DNA from: Nemertoderma westbladi | Taxonomy: Eukaryota; Animalia; Xenacoelomorpha | Assembly (NCBI GenBank): GCA_032718475.1 | Contig: JAUCBJ010006746.1 | Location: 19,682-83,681 of the forward strand | Direction: 5' to 3' | DNA length: 64,000 bases | The notes under the pieces: model-generated | The model's database searches: none | What the model was told of the DNA's origin: nothing | Seen by the model: only the letters and a program-made list of their open reading frames with translations | In this document: one piece after another, positions 1 to 11,110 of the stretch | Numbering within the stretch: position 1 is the stretch's first letter | Layout: every line of letters starts with the position of its first letter | Program-made: the position numbers and the translations under genes

Positions 1-1409
1 AGCTGTTAACTGTTTATTTATGCAGTCTTGATTCTCTTGAATATTTTCCAACTCTAGTTGGGTGGTCTCTTCAGATGCTCTTCTTTCTGCTTCTGCCACT
101 GCTCGCTTTCTTTCCGCTTCTACTGCTGCCGCTGCCGCTTTTCTTTCTGATTCTGCCGCTGCCGCTGCCGCTTTTCTATCCACTTCTGCCGCTTTTCTTT
201 CTGCTTCTGCCTCTGCTGCTGCCGCTGCTGCTATCTTTCTGTCTTCTATACGTTTTTTCTTTACTTGTTCTTCTTGGACTCTAGTGATGCGGAGGCGTTC
301 ATCAAATTTAGCTTGGTTCGCAGCTCTCATATCCGCATCGATTGCGTCCAACACAAGCTTGGCTCCTTCACTATTAGGGCTAAGCCCCTCCAGCCTTCTC
401 CTCAACTCTTCATCACCTACAAAGCGTTGATAGTCTGACAGATAGATGTCAATAGCATCCCTCTTATGCGGTTTCTCTGCTGTCGCTTCACTTTCCACTT
501 GGGAAAAGGTAGCGTCTGTTGATTCTCCAAGGGTTGAGCGCTCAGCTAACTGAGATTTCCACGGGGCAGTTCTTTGAACTTGGAGACTCACCGCTGTAAC
601 CAAGTCTTTACGGCAACTTGCAACGACGTGTCTTGTCTTCTTTTCGAAGCCTCCTCAAAGGCCGATAGGATTAGTCTGATTCTTAGAATTCTTTCTCGAA
701 CTTGATAAAGCAGCTCTCCCTGCTCTTGAGGTCCTTGTGGTTGTCTAAACAATTGTTCCTCTAATCGCTCCATGGAGCTGAAGAATCCCTGTACGTATCC
801 GGCTGCTGACCTCTTCCATACAGCTGGATCGCTGGTTTCTTTTGTTACTCCCATCCTGTGTATGTCTTCCCAGGCAGCTTCCGATAAGTCAAACGGGAGT
901 CCGGGTCCGGGGAAGTTCCATTGCGACTCGACAATAGACTTCAGTTCTTCCCTTGTGTATCCCGCATAACTATCCTTGGTCGATCGCTTACTTCTCGCCC
1001 AATCAATCTGGTGTTCCTCCACCGCAATCAATACCCTAGTGAGTACGGCTGCAGGAAGGATGAGAAGGGGATCCGAATAAACCGCATCTGTCATCTTTGC
1101 TCCGTGCTCGGGTGTCAGCTCTACAGTATCCGCACTACTGGAGCTGTCGGGCCGCTGAGAAATAAGTTCTCGGCTCGCGGGTTGCTGCTGTTCCGCTGCT
1201 TCTTGGTCCCGCTTGACCTGAGCTCGAGTGCCTATGATAGACCTACGGTGTTGGACTAGCCTAGGGTCTGATACTACTACTGGAGGGATGATCTTTCTTA
1301 CAGTAGGAGGTGAGTTGAACTTCGGTCTCACACGTTCCACACTCCTGTCTGGGTCACAGATGGTTGTATCTAGGAGACTGTCTGACAGGTTTTGCTTTGT
1401 GTCAGACAT
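1..1409 (-). pseudogene. Frameshifted coiled-coil ORF, possibly gag/ORF1-like of a retroelement; runs off the window start
   Basis: The 273-aa ORF 1409-588 ends in TGA. An overlapping -1 frame is open from 654 to base 1 (KKTRHVVASCRKDLVTAVSLQVQ...RKIAAAAAAEAEAERKAAEVDRKAAAAAAESERK...INKQLTA) and contains Ala/Glu/Arg coiled-coil repeats. It has no evident introns and a long repeat-containing upstream leader. No diagnostic gag motif is visible, so the family is unassigned. Confidence 0.45.
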
Positions 1410-1570
1410 GTTTGTTTGTACAGTTGAATGCCTACTGCTATATTACAGTTAAAGCAAGTCTAGTAATTCAGTATCAACTGTTAGCCTAGTAATTAATTAC
1501 CGATACTGCTACTCAGTGTAGCGTGATATATATATAATATATTAGAATACCGGTATGCTTATAGTATATA

Positions 1571-1804
1571 TATAAGTATTATTACAGACTAGGTTTGTCA
1601 CAGAATACCGGTATATAATTTCAGCACAAATATATATAAATATATAATAGGCCTATCGTGAATACCGGTATACAGCTTACACTTATAATGCTATACTCCC
1701 ATATAAGTATAATTACAGACTAGAATTAATCACAGAATACCGGTATATAATTTAGCCTAAATTTATAGAAATAAATATAATAAGCCTATCGTGAATACCG
1801 GTAT
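1571..1804. repeat. Two diverged direct repeats, period ~132 bp
   Basis: tataagtat..ttacagactag...cacagaataccggtatataattt...gcctatcgtgaataccggtat occurs at ~1571-1670 and ~1702-1804. Confidence 0.8.
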
Positions 1805-2752
1805 GTCAATTATTTTAAATAATTGAATTTCTGAATTTTTAGGGGTTACTTGGTTACTTTACTTACTTTATTACCGTTATTTGAGCAGTAGTCCAACTGA
1901 TATTGAGACCTAATTGTTGTATGGCAGGCCTACTATTTATAAATCGTTTGAGTTGATTTATAATATATATACCCGTTTAATGGGTTTTTGTCAATATTTG
2001 AAATAAATGTTATTATTTCTGGGGGGAGTCACTACACAGAAGCTGTGCGCTCTCAGTGAAGTGCTACTTGTTGGACACTAAAACAAATAATTCTAATTTA
2101 CCTAAGTTACTTAATACTACAAATTACGTACAATTCGGTGTGAGATTACAATCTCTAAATAAACACAAAAATTACAAGTACGAATTTTTAGGGTAATTTT
2201 ACAAGAAGTCTACAAACCAGCCTAACAAAGGGTTAGAATATCTGGTTATTACAACGGACAGGGTACTACGGTATTTGAAAATAATAAGTAGTAGTAAATA
2301 TACTGCGTTGTCCAGATAGGAAAAATACCACCGTCTGACGACTTATAGCCGTATCGCTATAAGTACTACGTTATGTATCACGGAGTGTTCCTACCTAGAA
2401 GTTAATTACCGCGGTCTACCAGAACCAACGTGCCTATTAACCACTTTACAACACAAATATACTGCCTACACACTAATTGCCTTCGGAAAGCACTGTACAC
2501 TAAACCCTAAATTAGGTACAAGTACTTATACAACAAATAATCAGTAGTTAAAAATACTTGAACAGCTAAAAGAACCACGGTATCTGCTGGAGTGACCGGG
2601 GCACAAAATCACCAGTCTTTACCTACGCCAAGCAGCCCTGATGTAGTACCGGGGTTAATTTAACTATAACGGTATATATAACAAGCACAATTACTGTAGG
2701 AATAAACTTGGGGATATGAATGTTGCGAATAATCGCATAAACTCTGAATAAT

Positions 2753-3324
2753 AAATATTACGCTACGCGTACAGACTACTCAAACAAAATGCAGACCAAA
2801 TACTGACAGACTACTATCAAGCCTAAACAAACTACGGTATATGCAGACTCCGAAATGGTTAGTTAGTATGCGTTCTAACCGAGTAGTACGACTTATTCTT
2901 TCGAGGGGGTTTACCTCACAGCACTGGAAGCCCCTACGTTCCCAACTGGCACTTTATCGGACATACACTCTACACACACCGAAATCTCTTCAGACCTAAC
3001 AACAGCCAGGCAAAATCCAGCCTACAAATTATCTAAATAAGAAATATTACGCTACCCGTACAGACTACACAAACAAAGTACAGACCAAACGCTGGCAGAC
3101 TACTATCAAGCCTAAATACACTACAGTATATGCAGACTCCGAAATGGTTAGTTAGTATGCGTTCTAACCGAGTAGTACGACTTATTCTTTCGAGGGGGTT
3201 TACCTCACAGCACTGGAAGCCCCTACTTTCCTAACTAGTACTTTTTCGGACATACGCTCTACACACACTACAGTCCCTTCAGACTTAACAACAGTCAGAC
3301 AACAGTCCAGCCTAAAAATTATCT
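2753..3324. repeat. Tandem duplication, period 289 bp, with an identical ~101-nt core
   Basis: Copies start aaatattacgctac at 2753 and 3042. Segments 2837-2937 and 3126-3226 are identical, while the flanks carry many substitutions. Confidence 0.9.
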
Positions 3325-3669
3325 GTACAATCTGAGCAGGCTTACACGCCTTCTGCTCAATATTGGCCTACAAATAAATAAAACTGACAGAAATAAGTAA
3401 AATCTCAATAAAAAACCAGGGCGGGCCCTCCCTGATTCAATATTAAGGCCTACCGGTATCATGACCTACTAAACCACGACCTGCCAAGCTGCAGCAGGAC
3501 CACTAAATTAGTGGGCCGATTGATTTTTAGATGGATAAATGTGAATAAGTATATATAACATAGAATTGGCACCTCCAATGTCAACTGACAAGTTTCAAGA
3601 AGTATAATGTTGCTAATTAGGAAAAGTGTAATGTATTGAATTTATAAAATAATCGGTGCTTTCCTGTAA

Positions 3670-3695
3670 CCCCCCCCCCCCCCCCCCCCCCCCCC
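3670..3695. repeat. Poly-C tract (poly-G on the minus strand)
   Basis: Run of ~26 C. A second run of ~24 C lies at 12300-12323. Confidence 0.9.
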
Positions 3696-3902
3696 ATCTG
3701 ATGTTAAATTCCTTTCCTGATGTTAAAACTATGCTGTTATTGGCAGCATTGTGTGTTAAGTAGCACTTTTTCACAGCATTTATGGCACTGAGTGATTTTT
3801 TCATGAACGAGCAAAGCGAGCAAGTGCAAGCAATAAAGAAAACGAGGATTGTATGATGAATATAAATCACTTCTTACAAAACTCATAACAATATAAACAT
3901 AA

Positions 3903-4526
3903 GTGAGGTTTGATCAAGAAACCGACCTACGGTTACAAAAAATAATTTTGTGTTTTTTTATACAGACAGACAGACTGACTAACACGAATTCAGACAAGCA
4001 GGATCGCGTCAAACCCATAAATCGACATTGGAAGTGGAATCGCCTTCCGAGAAAACCCCCAAAGCAAAACATTTTGTTAGATATCATGTTTCCCTAATTT
4101 TTGACAGACAAACGGACACACAGACAAACAGACTGATCGACAGTCTATGATCCGTCAGCCGTGGAAAGTAACAATTGCAATTAAATCACTGCACAGGAAA
4201 ACTCATAGCAAAAATTATCCTGTAGGACAAATACAATTATAGTATTTTGAAAAAGTAATACTGTTACTGAATCTTACAAATAATTGGCCACTTATTTATA
4301 ATAATTTCAAAATGAGTAAGGTCTACAAAAAATCAAATAACTCCAAAACTAAAATAGATATGAAAATTTCGTTTACAGTTTCAGAATTAGCAAAAAAGTC
4401 TGATCTAGAAAAAGTAAAAAAATAAAATTCGATATTTTAATACCAAATGAACTATTTTGACTTCAACCGCTAATTATGTGAAATAATATTTTGCAACGGT
4501 AGGTCGATTTCTTGATCAAACCTCAC
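3903..4526. mobile_element. 624-bp non-autonomous DNA transposon (MITE) with 4-bp TSD, nested in the P element
   Basis: 46-bp TIRs GTGAGGTTTGATCAAGAAA[C/T]CGACCTAC... at 3903-3948 and 4481-4526 (41/46 identical). ATAA is duplicated at 3899-3902 and 4527-4530. The interior contains CAGA-type repeats. Confidence 0.85.
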
Positions 4527-4603
4527 ATAAACACAAATGATTTTTCGAATATAAACTATTGACAATTATAATTATTATTGACATTGACATTGTATTACTA
4601 TAA

Positions 4604-7171
4604 CTATAAGTCCTTATTTCGTTGTCTCAATTTAAATTTTTTAATTTGGCTTTCCCGCACACTTTGTGATTCGTTTATGGATTTGTTTTTCCCGAACACA
4701 TTTACTGCCGTCAAGAAGACAACAGATTTATTGGACAATTCGTGCGCTTTACAACCAAATCCCAGGTCATAACTCCCACAGAAGTTCTCTAAGAGTACAA
4801 GAGCTGCGTTACGATAGTGTTTCATACTTTCGAGATACTTTTCCACAGCTGATAGAACTTTGAAGCACTCCGTAACAAGACAGTTCAGTTTAATCGGGGG
4901 TATAGTGAGTTTACCTCGGTTTAGAAGTTGGTGATAGCTACAATCCAGTACCAGATCTGTTTGTAACAACGTTTTACAATCCAGGCATGAGGTCTTAGCG
5001 AGCTTGTGAGCTGTATAGCCACTAATACAAACTATAATTTCTTTAGTTGTGGAATCAAACTCGGAAATATCAAGGTTTGCATCTTCGATAACCTTAATTA
5101 ACTCATCACACGATTCAGCGTCATTGTCCGAACTTATAATAACTTGCGAGTAATCAATGTTAGCTTTCAGAAGTGATCTAATCTGGAGTATCTTTTCTGA
5201 TTGCAGTGCTTCTTTGTGACTTATGAGAAATCTACCACCATTCATCTGCCTATAGCAGCCATAACGTCGCTCTAACTTGTCACTCTGCAGTTTTCGAGTT
5301 AGAACATAGTCATAGGAGTCAGAACTCAGTAGGGTTGTGCATATATCAGCAATAGCATTATTTGTACAAACAAATGCAGATCGTGTTTGTGCAGTTAACA
5401 TACGTTTACAAGAAATGGAATCATTTAACCACACTGATAAATTCCGAAGAAACATTGGTTTACCATCACCAGAGACCATGGCATTTCCTATAGGATTTGG
5501 ATGGAAACGCTGACCTGCATTAACAACAAGCCACCAATGGCTGATAAGTTGAAGGAAATCAGCAGTGCATTTCTCATTTGGGAAGTAATATCGACATGCA
5601 GCTATTGTTGTTTCGTGAAAGATAGCAAGAGCGAGAGAAACACTCTGCTTACTGTTACCGAAGTGGGTAGCAGAATAGGTCAACTTTGGAGCCAGACTAA
5701 GATGGCTACCGAGCTTACTGTCTCTCTCTTCTATTTCATATAAGAGTTGCCATTTTACTTGTCCCTTAGATACGGTATATTGAGTTCCATTAAGAGTATA
5801 TATAAATTCCCGATTTATCAGAAAGTATCGGAGTGAAGCGAGATTATTCCTAATATTTTTTATAATGTGAACAGAATCAAACATTAAATGTGGCATGTTA
5901 TCTAGAGAAATTGATAAAGGAAGATTGACGTGTAGCTTGTCAAAAGCTGCGGTATTTACAGAGCTGTCATCAGTAATGACTGCAATAAGATTAAAGTTAG
6001 CACCACGGAGAATAGTAATGCACATTTCAATACCCACCTGTACTGTAGAATGCGTCGCGGAAACAACTGGTTTGGCATGAATAACTATAGCAATAGATTT
6101 TTTCATTGAAGTCACCATAAAGCACACAAGACCAGAATAAAGTTGATCTGATGAGGCATCCTTACCAAAGAACTGACCACTACTATACATTTCCTGCTCC
6201 TGCAACTTAATCTCGTCTACCAACAATAATATATCATTGGAAATATTACCAGACTCCCTCATTAATATTAGGGCAGCCATGCAATCCACAGTTCCCGAGG
6301 TGATACTACATAGTAATGATAGTGATGGCAAAGGAAGTTGAGTCTTTAATAATTTATAGGCATTTACGGAAGTGTAACGAAGGAGTAAAGCAAACCTAAT
6401 CTGCTCAGAACTGTATTTAGGGCGACCTTTTGGTTTTATAAATTGTAGAGAGAAGAAACTGCTAATAATCGACTCATTGTCATCCTTATGAATTCGGCAG
6501 AAGTTTAGTAGTTCAGAAATCATTGTTGTAGAATTCAATTGGCAGTTATGAACAGATCGCAACCAACTTGGTAGAGTCAAAGGAATTCCATTATAGGATA
6601 ATCTAACATTTAAGTTGTTACTGATGTTTAACGTTTCAGAAATAGTTGGTATACCACTTACTATATTCAGTTTAAAGATTGTCAATGACTCAATGTCCGC
6701 TTTAACTTCATATCCAGTGAGTTCGATAGGCTTTGTTGCAATGTATTTATGCAGTTGTTCAAGGGATGAAATACGAGTTCGTTTTGTAAACTCCTCTAAT
6801 TCGTCTGGTTGGAATAAACGCTTAATTGGTTGTTTCCTAATAGGTGTAACTTGTTTGGCAGCCCAACTAGGAACACTCTGAGGATAAATACTTGGGTATG
6901 CTTCCTTCTTAAGAGTTGGCCTTAAGGTATTTCTATTAATGAACTCATTTTCAAAGTGAAGTATACAAACTTTGGAGCTACTGGATGGAGTCCAAGGTGA
7001 GGATAATGTATTCTCAGAACGGTTTGACATAAACTGTAGCCATGTGTGATAAACCGGAGATGATGATTGCGGAAAACTAAACATGGATGGTGTAGGACTG
7101 GCGGTGGTTGAACTAGTCGACTGTGATGCATATCCTGACTTGCAACCATAAACACAGCATTTCCCAACCAT
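4604..7171 (-). CDS. P-element/THAP9-type transposase, intronless, ~855 aa from the likely ATG (MVGKCCVYGC...)
   Basis: N-terminal C2CH THAP zinc finger (CCVYGC...FSFP...W...VCILHF...LKKEAYPSI). Catalytic-type motifs LLVDEIKL, AVITDDSSVN, MFDSVHIIKNIRNNL and LQSDKLERRYGCYRQMNGG are present. There are no stops or frameshifts. The ORF track extends the frame to 7225. Confidence 0.92.
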   Translation of the reverse strand: MVGKCCVYGCKSGYASQSTSSTTASPTPSMFSFPQSSSPVYHTWLQFMSNRSENTLSSPWTPSSSSKVCILHFENEFINRNTLRPTLKKEAYPSIYPQSVPSWAAKQVTPIRKQPIKRLFQPDELEEFTKRTRISSLEQLHKYIATKPIELTGYEVKADIESLTIFKLNIVSGIPTISETLNISNNLNVRLSYNGIPLTLPSWLRSVHNCQLNSTTMISELLNFCRIHKDDNESIISSFFSLQFIKPKGRPKYSSEQIRFALLLRYTSVNAYKLLKTQLPLPSLSLLCSITSGTVDCMAALILMRESGNISNDILLLVDEIKLQEQEMYSSGQFFGKDASSDQLYSGLVCFMVTSMKKSIAIVIHAKPVVSATHSTVQVGIEMCITILRGANFNLIAVITDDSSVNTAAFDKLHVNLPLSISLDNMPHLMFDSVHIIKNIRNNLASLRYFLINREFIYTLNGTQYTVSKGQVKWQLLYEIEERDSKLGSHLSLAPKLTYSATHFGNSKQSVSLALAIFHETTIAACRYYFPNEKCTADFLQLISHWWLVVNAGQRFHPNPIGNAMVSGDGKPMFLRNLSVWLNDSISCKRMLTAQTRSAFVCTNNAIADICTTLLSSDSYDYVLTRKLQSDKLERRYGCYRQMNGGRFLISHKEALQSEKILQIRSLLKANIDYSQVIISSDNDAESCDELIKVIEDANLDISEFDSTTKEIIVCISGYTAHKLAKTSCLDCKTLLQTDLVLDCSYHQLLNRGKLTIPPIKLNCLVTECFKVLSAVEKYLESMKHYRNAALVLLENFCGSYDLGFGCKAHELSNKSVVFLTAVNVFGKNKSINESQSVRESQIKKFKLRQRNKDL

Positions 7172-9604
7172 TATAATAATAGTTAGTATATACAGTATAT
7201 ATATGCACCTCCAAACCATTATCAATAATCAATATCAGTAGGCCTAATCAATATTTATATATCCAGGTCAAATATGACTACCAAATGCAAATACAGAAAT
7301 AGCCTATACTATTTTGGCCTACCGAAATATGACCTACCATTTACATAAAGGGGAATGTCACGATTTGGGTACCTTCAAATTCAACACAAAATGCAGAAGT
7401 ATTTACCATTACTGGCCCTAGGGGAGGGGCCTTATGTTTAATTTTGTAAATTGTAAATTTGTACAAACTTATTAAATTAATAAAAATTTAGTATTTTGTA
7501 TTGCTGTATGGCAGATGGTAATTGCAATTGTAGGTAGGGCCTACCCGAAACCGAAACGTGACTGTACCACATAGAGAAATAAATACCATACCACATAAAG
7601 AAATAAATATAAGGTTCTACGGTAATGCATTTTAGGACCGATTTTTTACAGTACCGGTACTGGTATACAATAAACATAGCATTTCACATACGGTACCGGA
7701 CCGGTCCGCCGGTAGCAGCAGGCCTATTGCTATTGCTGTGCTGCAGTAGCTGCCAGGCTGCTGCAGTTAGATTAGAAAAGGTAAAGCCTCATCACGTAGC
7801 TGCTTAAACAGTTAGGGTTTGGGCTAATTTAATTGACATATATATGACCTATTAATTGACCTATTTAATTACAGAATTAGGGTACAGGGGTATACTGGTA
7901 TAGATGACGATGCTGGAAGATTAAGTCGGTTCGGCAGTTCGGTTTCGTTCGTTCTGGTGGTACCATGGGTACCCTGACTGGAATACTTACATCAGTACAT
8001 ATTGTGCGCGCCGCAATGCAGTTAAACCTGTCTGCCTGTAGGTGGTAGGCCTAAGTATTCCAGTCAGGCTGGGGGCTGGGGGTTGGAGGTCCTACCTGGT
8101 TATGCTTTGAAAAGTCGCCTACCTCCTGACCTCAGCTTGCAGCTAGTCGGCCAGTAGGCAGTAGGTAGAAATACTTTTAATTTTGAACACTAGGGCCCTA
8201 AGGCAGTACCAAGTACCAGTCTGCTGGTCCTGCAGTCCTGGTAGGTAGGTACTGGCGAAAATGACTGAGTAGTGTACTGCATACTGGTGTACTCTGGTAC
8301 TGCTGCTGTACTGTATGGCAGTATGATAATGTATACATACAGATAGCTGTATCCTGTATGGATAGTGGATAGGGAACAGTCTGGTGACAAACCTGAGGTA
8401 TACAGGACCGGTATTGGTTTATTACTGTAGGCCATAGCTAATGAATGAATCTATTATAATAATAATTATTTATTCCCTAACATTATCATACCTGGAAGGC
8501 AAGCTATATTTAAATTTTAAAAACCGGCCCACTAATTTCGGGGGGCTGCTGCAGCTTGGCAGGTCGTACTTTAGTAGGTCATGCTGGTATATAATTATCA
8601 AATCGAATAATACTGCTGTACCTGTACTGCTGTAGGTACCGGTCCGGGTGGTTAGGTAGTCAGGCCTACTAGGTACCGGTTAACCGGTACTTCAGCTTTA
8701 TTGCCTACCGCAATACAGAAGCTATATCTGTTATTGTACGCGCTTTCAGACCTTTAGCAGTTTAACCTGCCAAATTGGGATGTCTTCTACATAATAAATC
8801 GACTTTAGCCTATGACGAGTATTTGATACACTACATTAGCCGAAGCCAGTCTATGCGCGACCATTCACCCGCTGGATATACCCGGGAGACTGGATTCGGA
8901 AGCTTAATCTTATTGCGGTGTAGGCCTACTGTATTATTCGACTGATCGTAATATATAATCTCTGACAAATATTATTCACTTTCGGGAAATATTAACAGTT
9001 CCTTTAGGACGTGGCGCTCTAAATATGTAAACAGAGTTATGACTTAAACTAGACACAACGGGATGGCTATAGATTCACGTATATGGCGCATTCTTTAGGA
9101 TATGCTTTGTTATCAGTCACAATCATACACACTACTGCACAATACTGCACACCGATCTGCCGACCTTCACTAATTTTAGTCACATATAAAGAGAACAACA
9201 ACCGACTCATGTAGTGCCTATGAAATAGCATTAGATTCACTCCAAAACCACTTTAATGTAAGTCGCAATTGGTATATGTAACCGGTCTCTCTTACCTTCA
9301 GTATATCAAGAAGATTGAGGGTTTTATAATTATTTATCGATATTCCAAATATAATAATATTCCATCAACTGATATAATGAATAACCGACAGTAAATAGCA
9401 GTAAAAATGCGGTGTTTGTAGTTGACAATATGATTAGGTGAGTGAGTAAGTAAGATAACAGATATACGTTCTATAATTAAGCCTACTAATGTTGGGCTAA
9501 AGTCTGAAAAACACAGAGATTCCAAAGCCGGTCTTCTAGGCTCGGGAAAACCAACACAACTGATCCCTCTGGGCTGTTGTAGGTATCTTTCAACACAAAG
9601 AGAA

Positions 9605-9800
9605 ACAGCTCTCATTGGCCGAGTTCCAGATTCTGTAGGTTCCACGAATGTCTAAATGCCGAACTATTCGGGTTTTTGCAGCCCATATTCAACACAAGGC
9701 GAAATCGCTCTGATTGGTGGATCATTGTTCTGATTGGTTGATCGAACAGAACAAAGAGCCTATAGGCGTACAGCAAATCGGTTGGTAGATTGCGTCATTT
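9605..9800 (-). promoter_or_regulatory. Possible Pol II promoter with clustered CCAAT boxes
   Basis: ATTGG/CCAAT motifs occur at ~9614, ~9713 and ~9733, and a CRE-like ttgcgtca at ~9790. A minus-strand donor-like site (GAAG|GTAAGA) lies at ~9296. This rests on motif matches only. Confidence 0.3.
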
Positions 9801-9990
9801 GAGTTAGGTAGTTTAGAGTATTTGAGCGCATTGGGGGAAACTGGCTTTTTATGTCCGCTAAAGCACACATGCAGACACAGCGGGTAAATCGCTAGTTATG
9901 TCCTCTAAAAACACCTTACACAGTACATTGCGGAGAAAAGGGCCAGTTATATCCCGCAAAAGCTTTTACATTTATGCTGTTGCTATTATA

Positions 9991-10679
9991 CAGTACAGGC
10001 CACCAGAAAAAGCAGATTTCATCCAATGTGATCACATGTGAATACATTTGTTCAAGTCATCTGATTGGCAGGTTATGGCGAGTTATCTAGCTAACTTGCT
10101 GGGACCGACAAAGGCTTAGTGTGCGGTGCGCCTGTATGTCTGATATCAGGTAGATGAGAGAGCCCACAGGACGTAACATTGCGGACATGGGCTGTATTGG
10201 TAGAGAGAGAATTACATACAAGACCACATGGAGGTTCATGGAGTGTATGGGAGTGGGTGGGTATATGGATGGACGAGCCTAGACCATTGAATAATTAATT
10301 TAGTGCAGGGAGATGTCGCGCCATTAGTCTGACACCGAGAGGGCACAGAGAAACACCAGAAGATGGCTTTACATCACTAACTATAGGCCTGCCTACTAGA
10401 CACTATTAATCGCACACTATAAAGGTAAACAAAATCCTTATCGCATTTCCAGCTGCAATGAGTGACAGTTCGCGGCAAACTACAGAGAGTTTCCAGATTA
10501 CTAAGCGTTTCAAAAGTATTCAATTGTATCCTTTGGCGAAAAAATTTTGGTTGTTGCCAATTCAATTATGTTCAATTATGTTCAATTGTCCCGTTCAACA
10601 ACATTACATTACACTGGTACACATTTGATAAAATGTGTTCACAATTGTACAAATCTGCGTTTTCTGGTGGCCTGTACTG
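9991..10679. mobile_element. 689-bp Tc1/mariner/pogo-type MITE
   Basis: 29-bp TIRs CAGTACAGGCCACCAGAAAA[A/C]GCAGATTT at 9991-10019 and 10651-10679 (28/29 identical), flanked by TA on both sides. No coding capacity. Confidence 0.88.
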
Positions 10680-10914
10680 TAACTCAGTAACGTAATTAAT
10701 TAGTAATACGTATTCTGGAATACTTAGTAATTAGTACACAAATCTGTATTTTTTGAGACACTAATTTATTTAGCTTTTTTTTTTAGAATAAAATTAAGAA
10801 CTTGTGCGCTGCATAGCGGAGAATAGTTGGGTAAATTACGTTTAGAAATACCTTAGAATATTCAACGCTAGGCGGTTATTTGAAAGTTGCGGGTCGGCAG
10901 GCTGACAGCGGTAG

Positions 10915-11110
10915 TGAAGGTAGCGCAGTAGTAAATTTGCTGGCTTAAACCAGCGCAAGATCCAAGTTTCGACATTAGGGCAAATTAATATCCTATTCCG
11001 TTACAATATTAAAATATTCTCACATTCGACAGCGTCCCGCCCAGCAACTGCTTGTATTCCTCTGTGGAAAGTGAACGCCGAGTGTTAAACCACCCGCACT
11101 CATATTAAGT
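10915..11110 (+). mobile_element. Possible degenerate tRNA-derived SINE
   Basis: A-box-like tagcgcagtagt, hairpin gctgg-cttaaa-ccagc and B-box-like gtttcgac occur at tRNA-like spacing, but the match is poor. Confidence 0.25.

Larger units (their letters stand above)
3460..8583 (-). mobile_element. Full-length P-superfamily (THAP9-like) DNA transposon
   Basis: 59-bp TIRs at 3460-3518 and 8525-8583 (53/59 identical) start with CATG, as in P elements. The flanking 7-bp TSD is ccggtat (3453-3459) / ctggtat (8584-8590). The element encloses a THAP-DDE transposase ORF. Confidence 0.92.

Noticed and set aside
62-430. Plus-strand Ala/Ser- and Leu-rich ORFs (also 75-284 and the 13683-14440 plus-strand ORFs)
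   Set aside because: These are antisense shadows of low-complexity minus-strand coding sequence.
2850-2935. Hammerhead ribozyme on the minus strand (ctgtgag...gaaa)
   Set aside because: The core reads CUGUGA rather than CUGANGA, and stems I and III cannot be formed convincingly.
10270-10290. tRNA-Pro primer-binding site (ggacgagcc...cca) for an LTR element
   Set aside because: The match is interrupted, it lies inside the TA-MITE, and no adjacent LTR end is identifiable.
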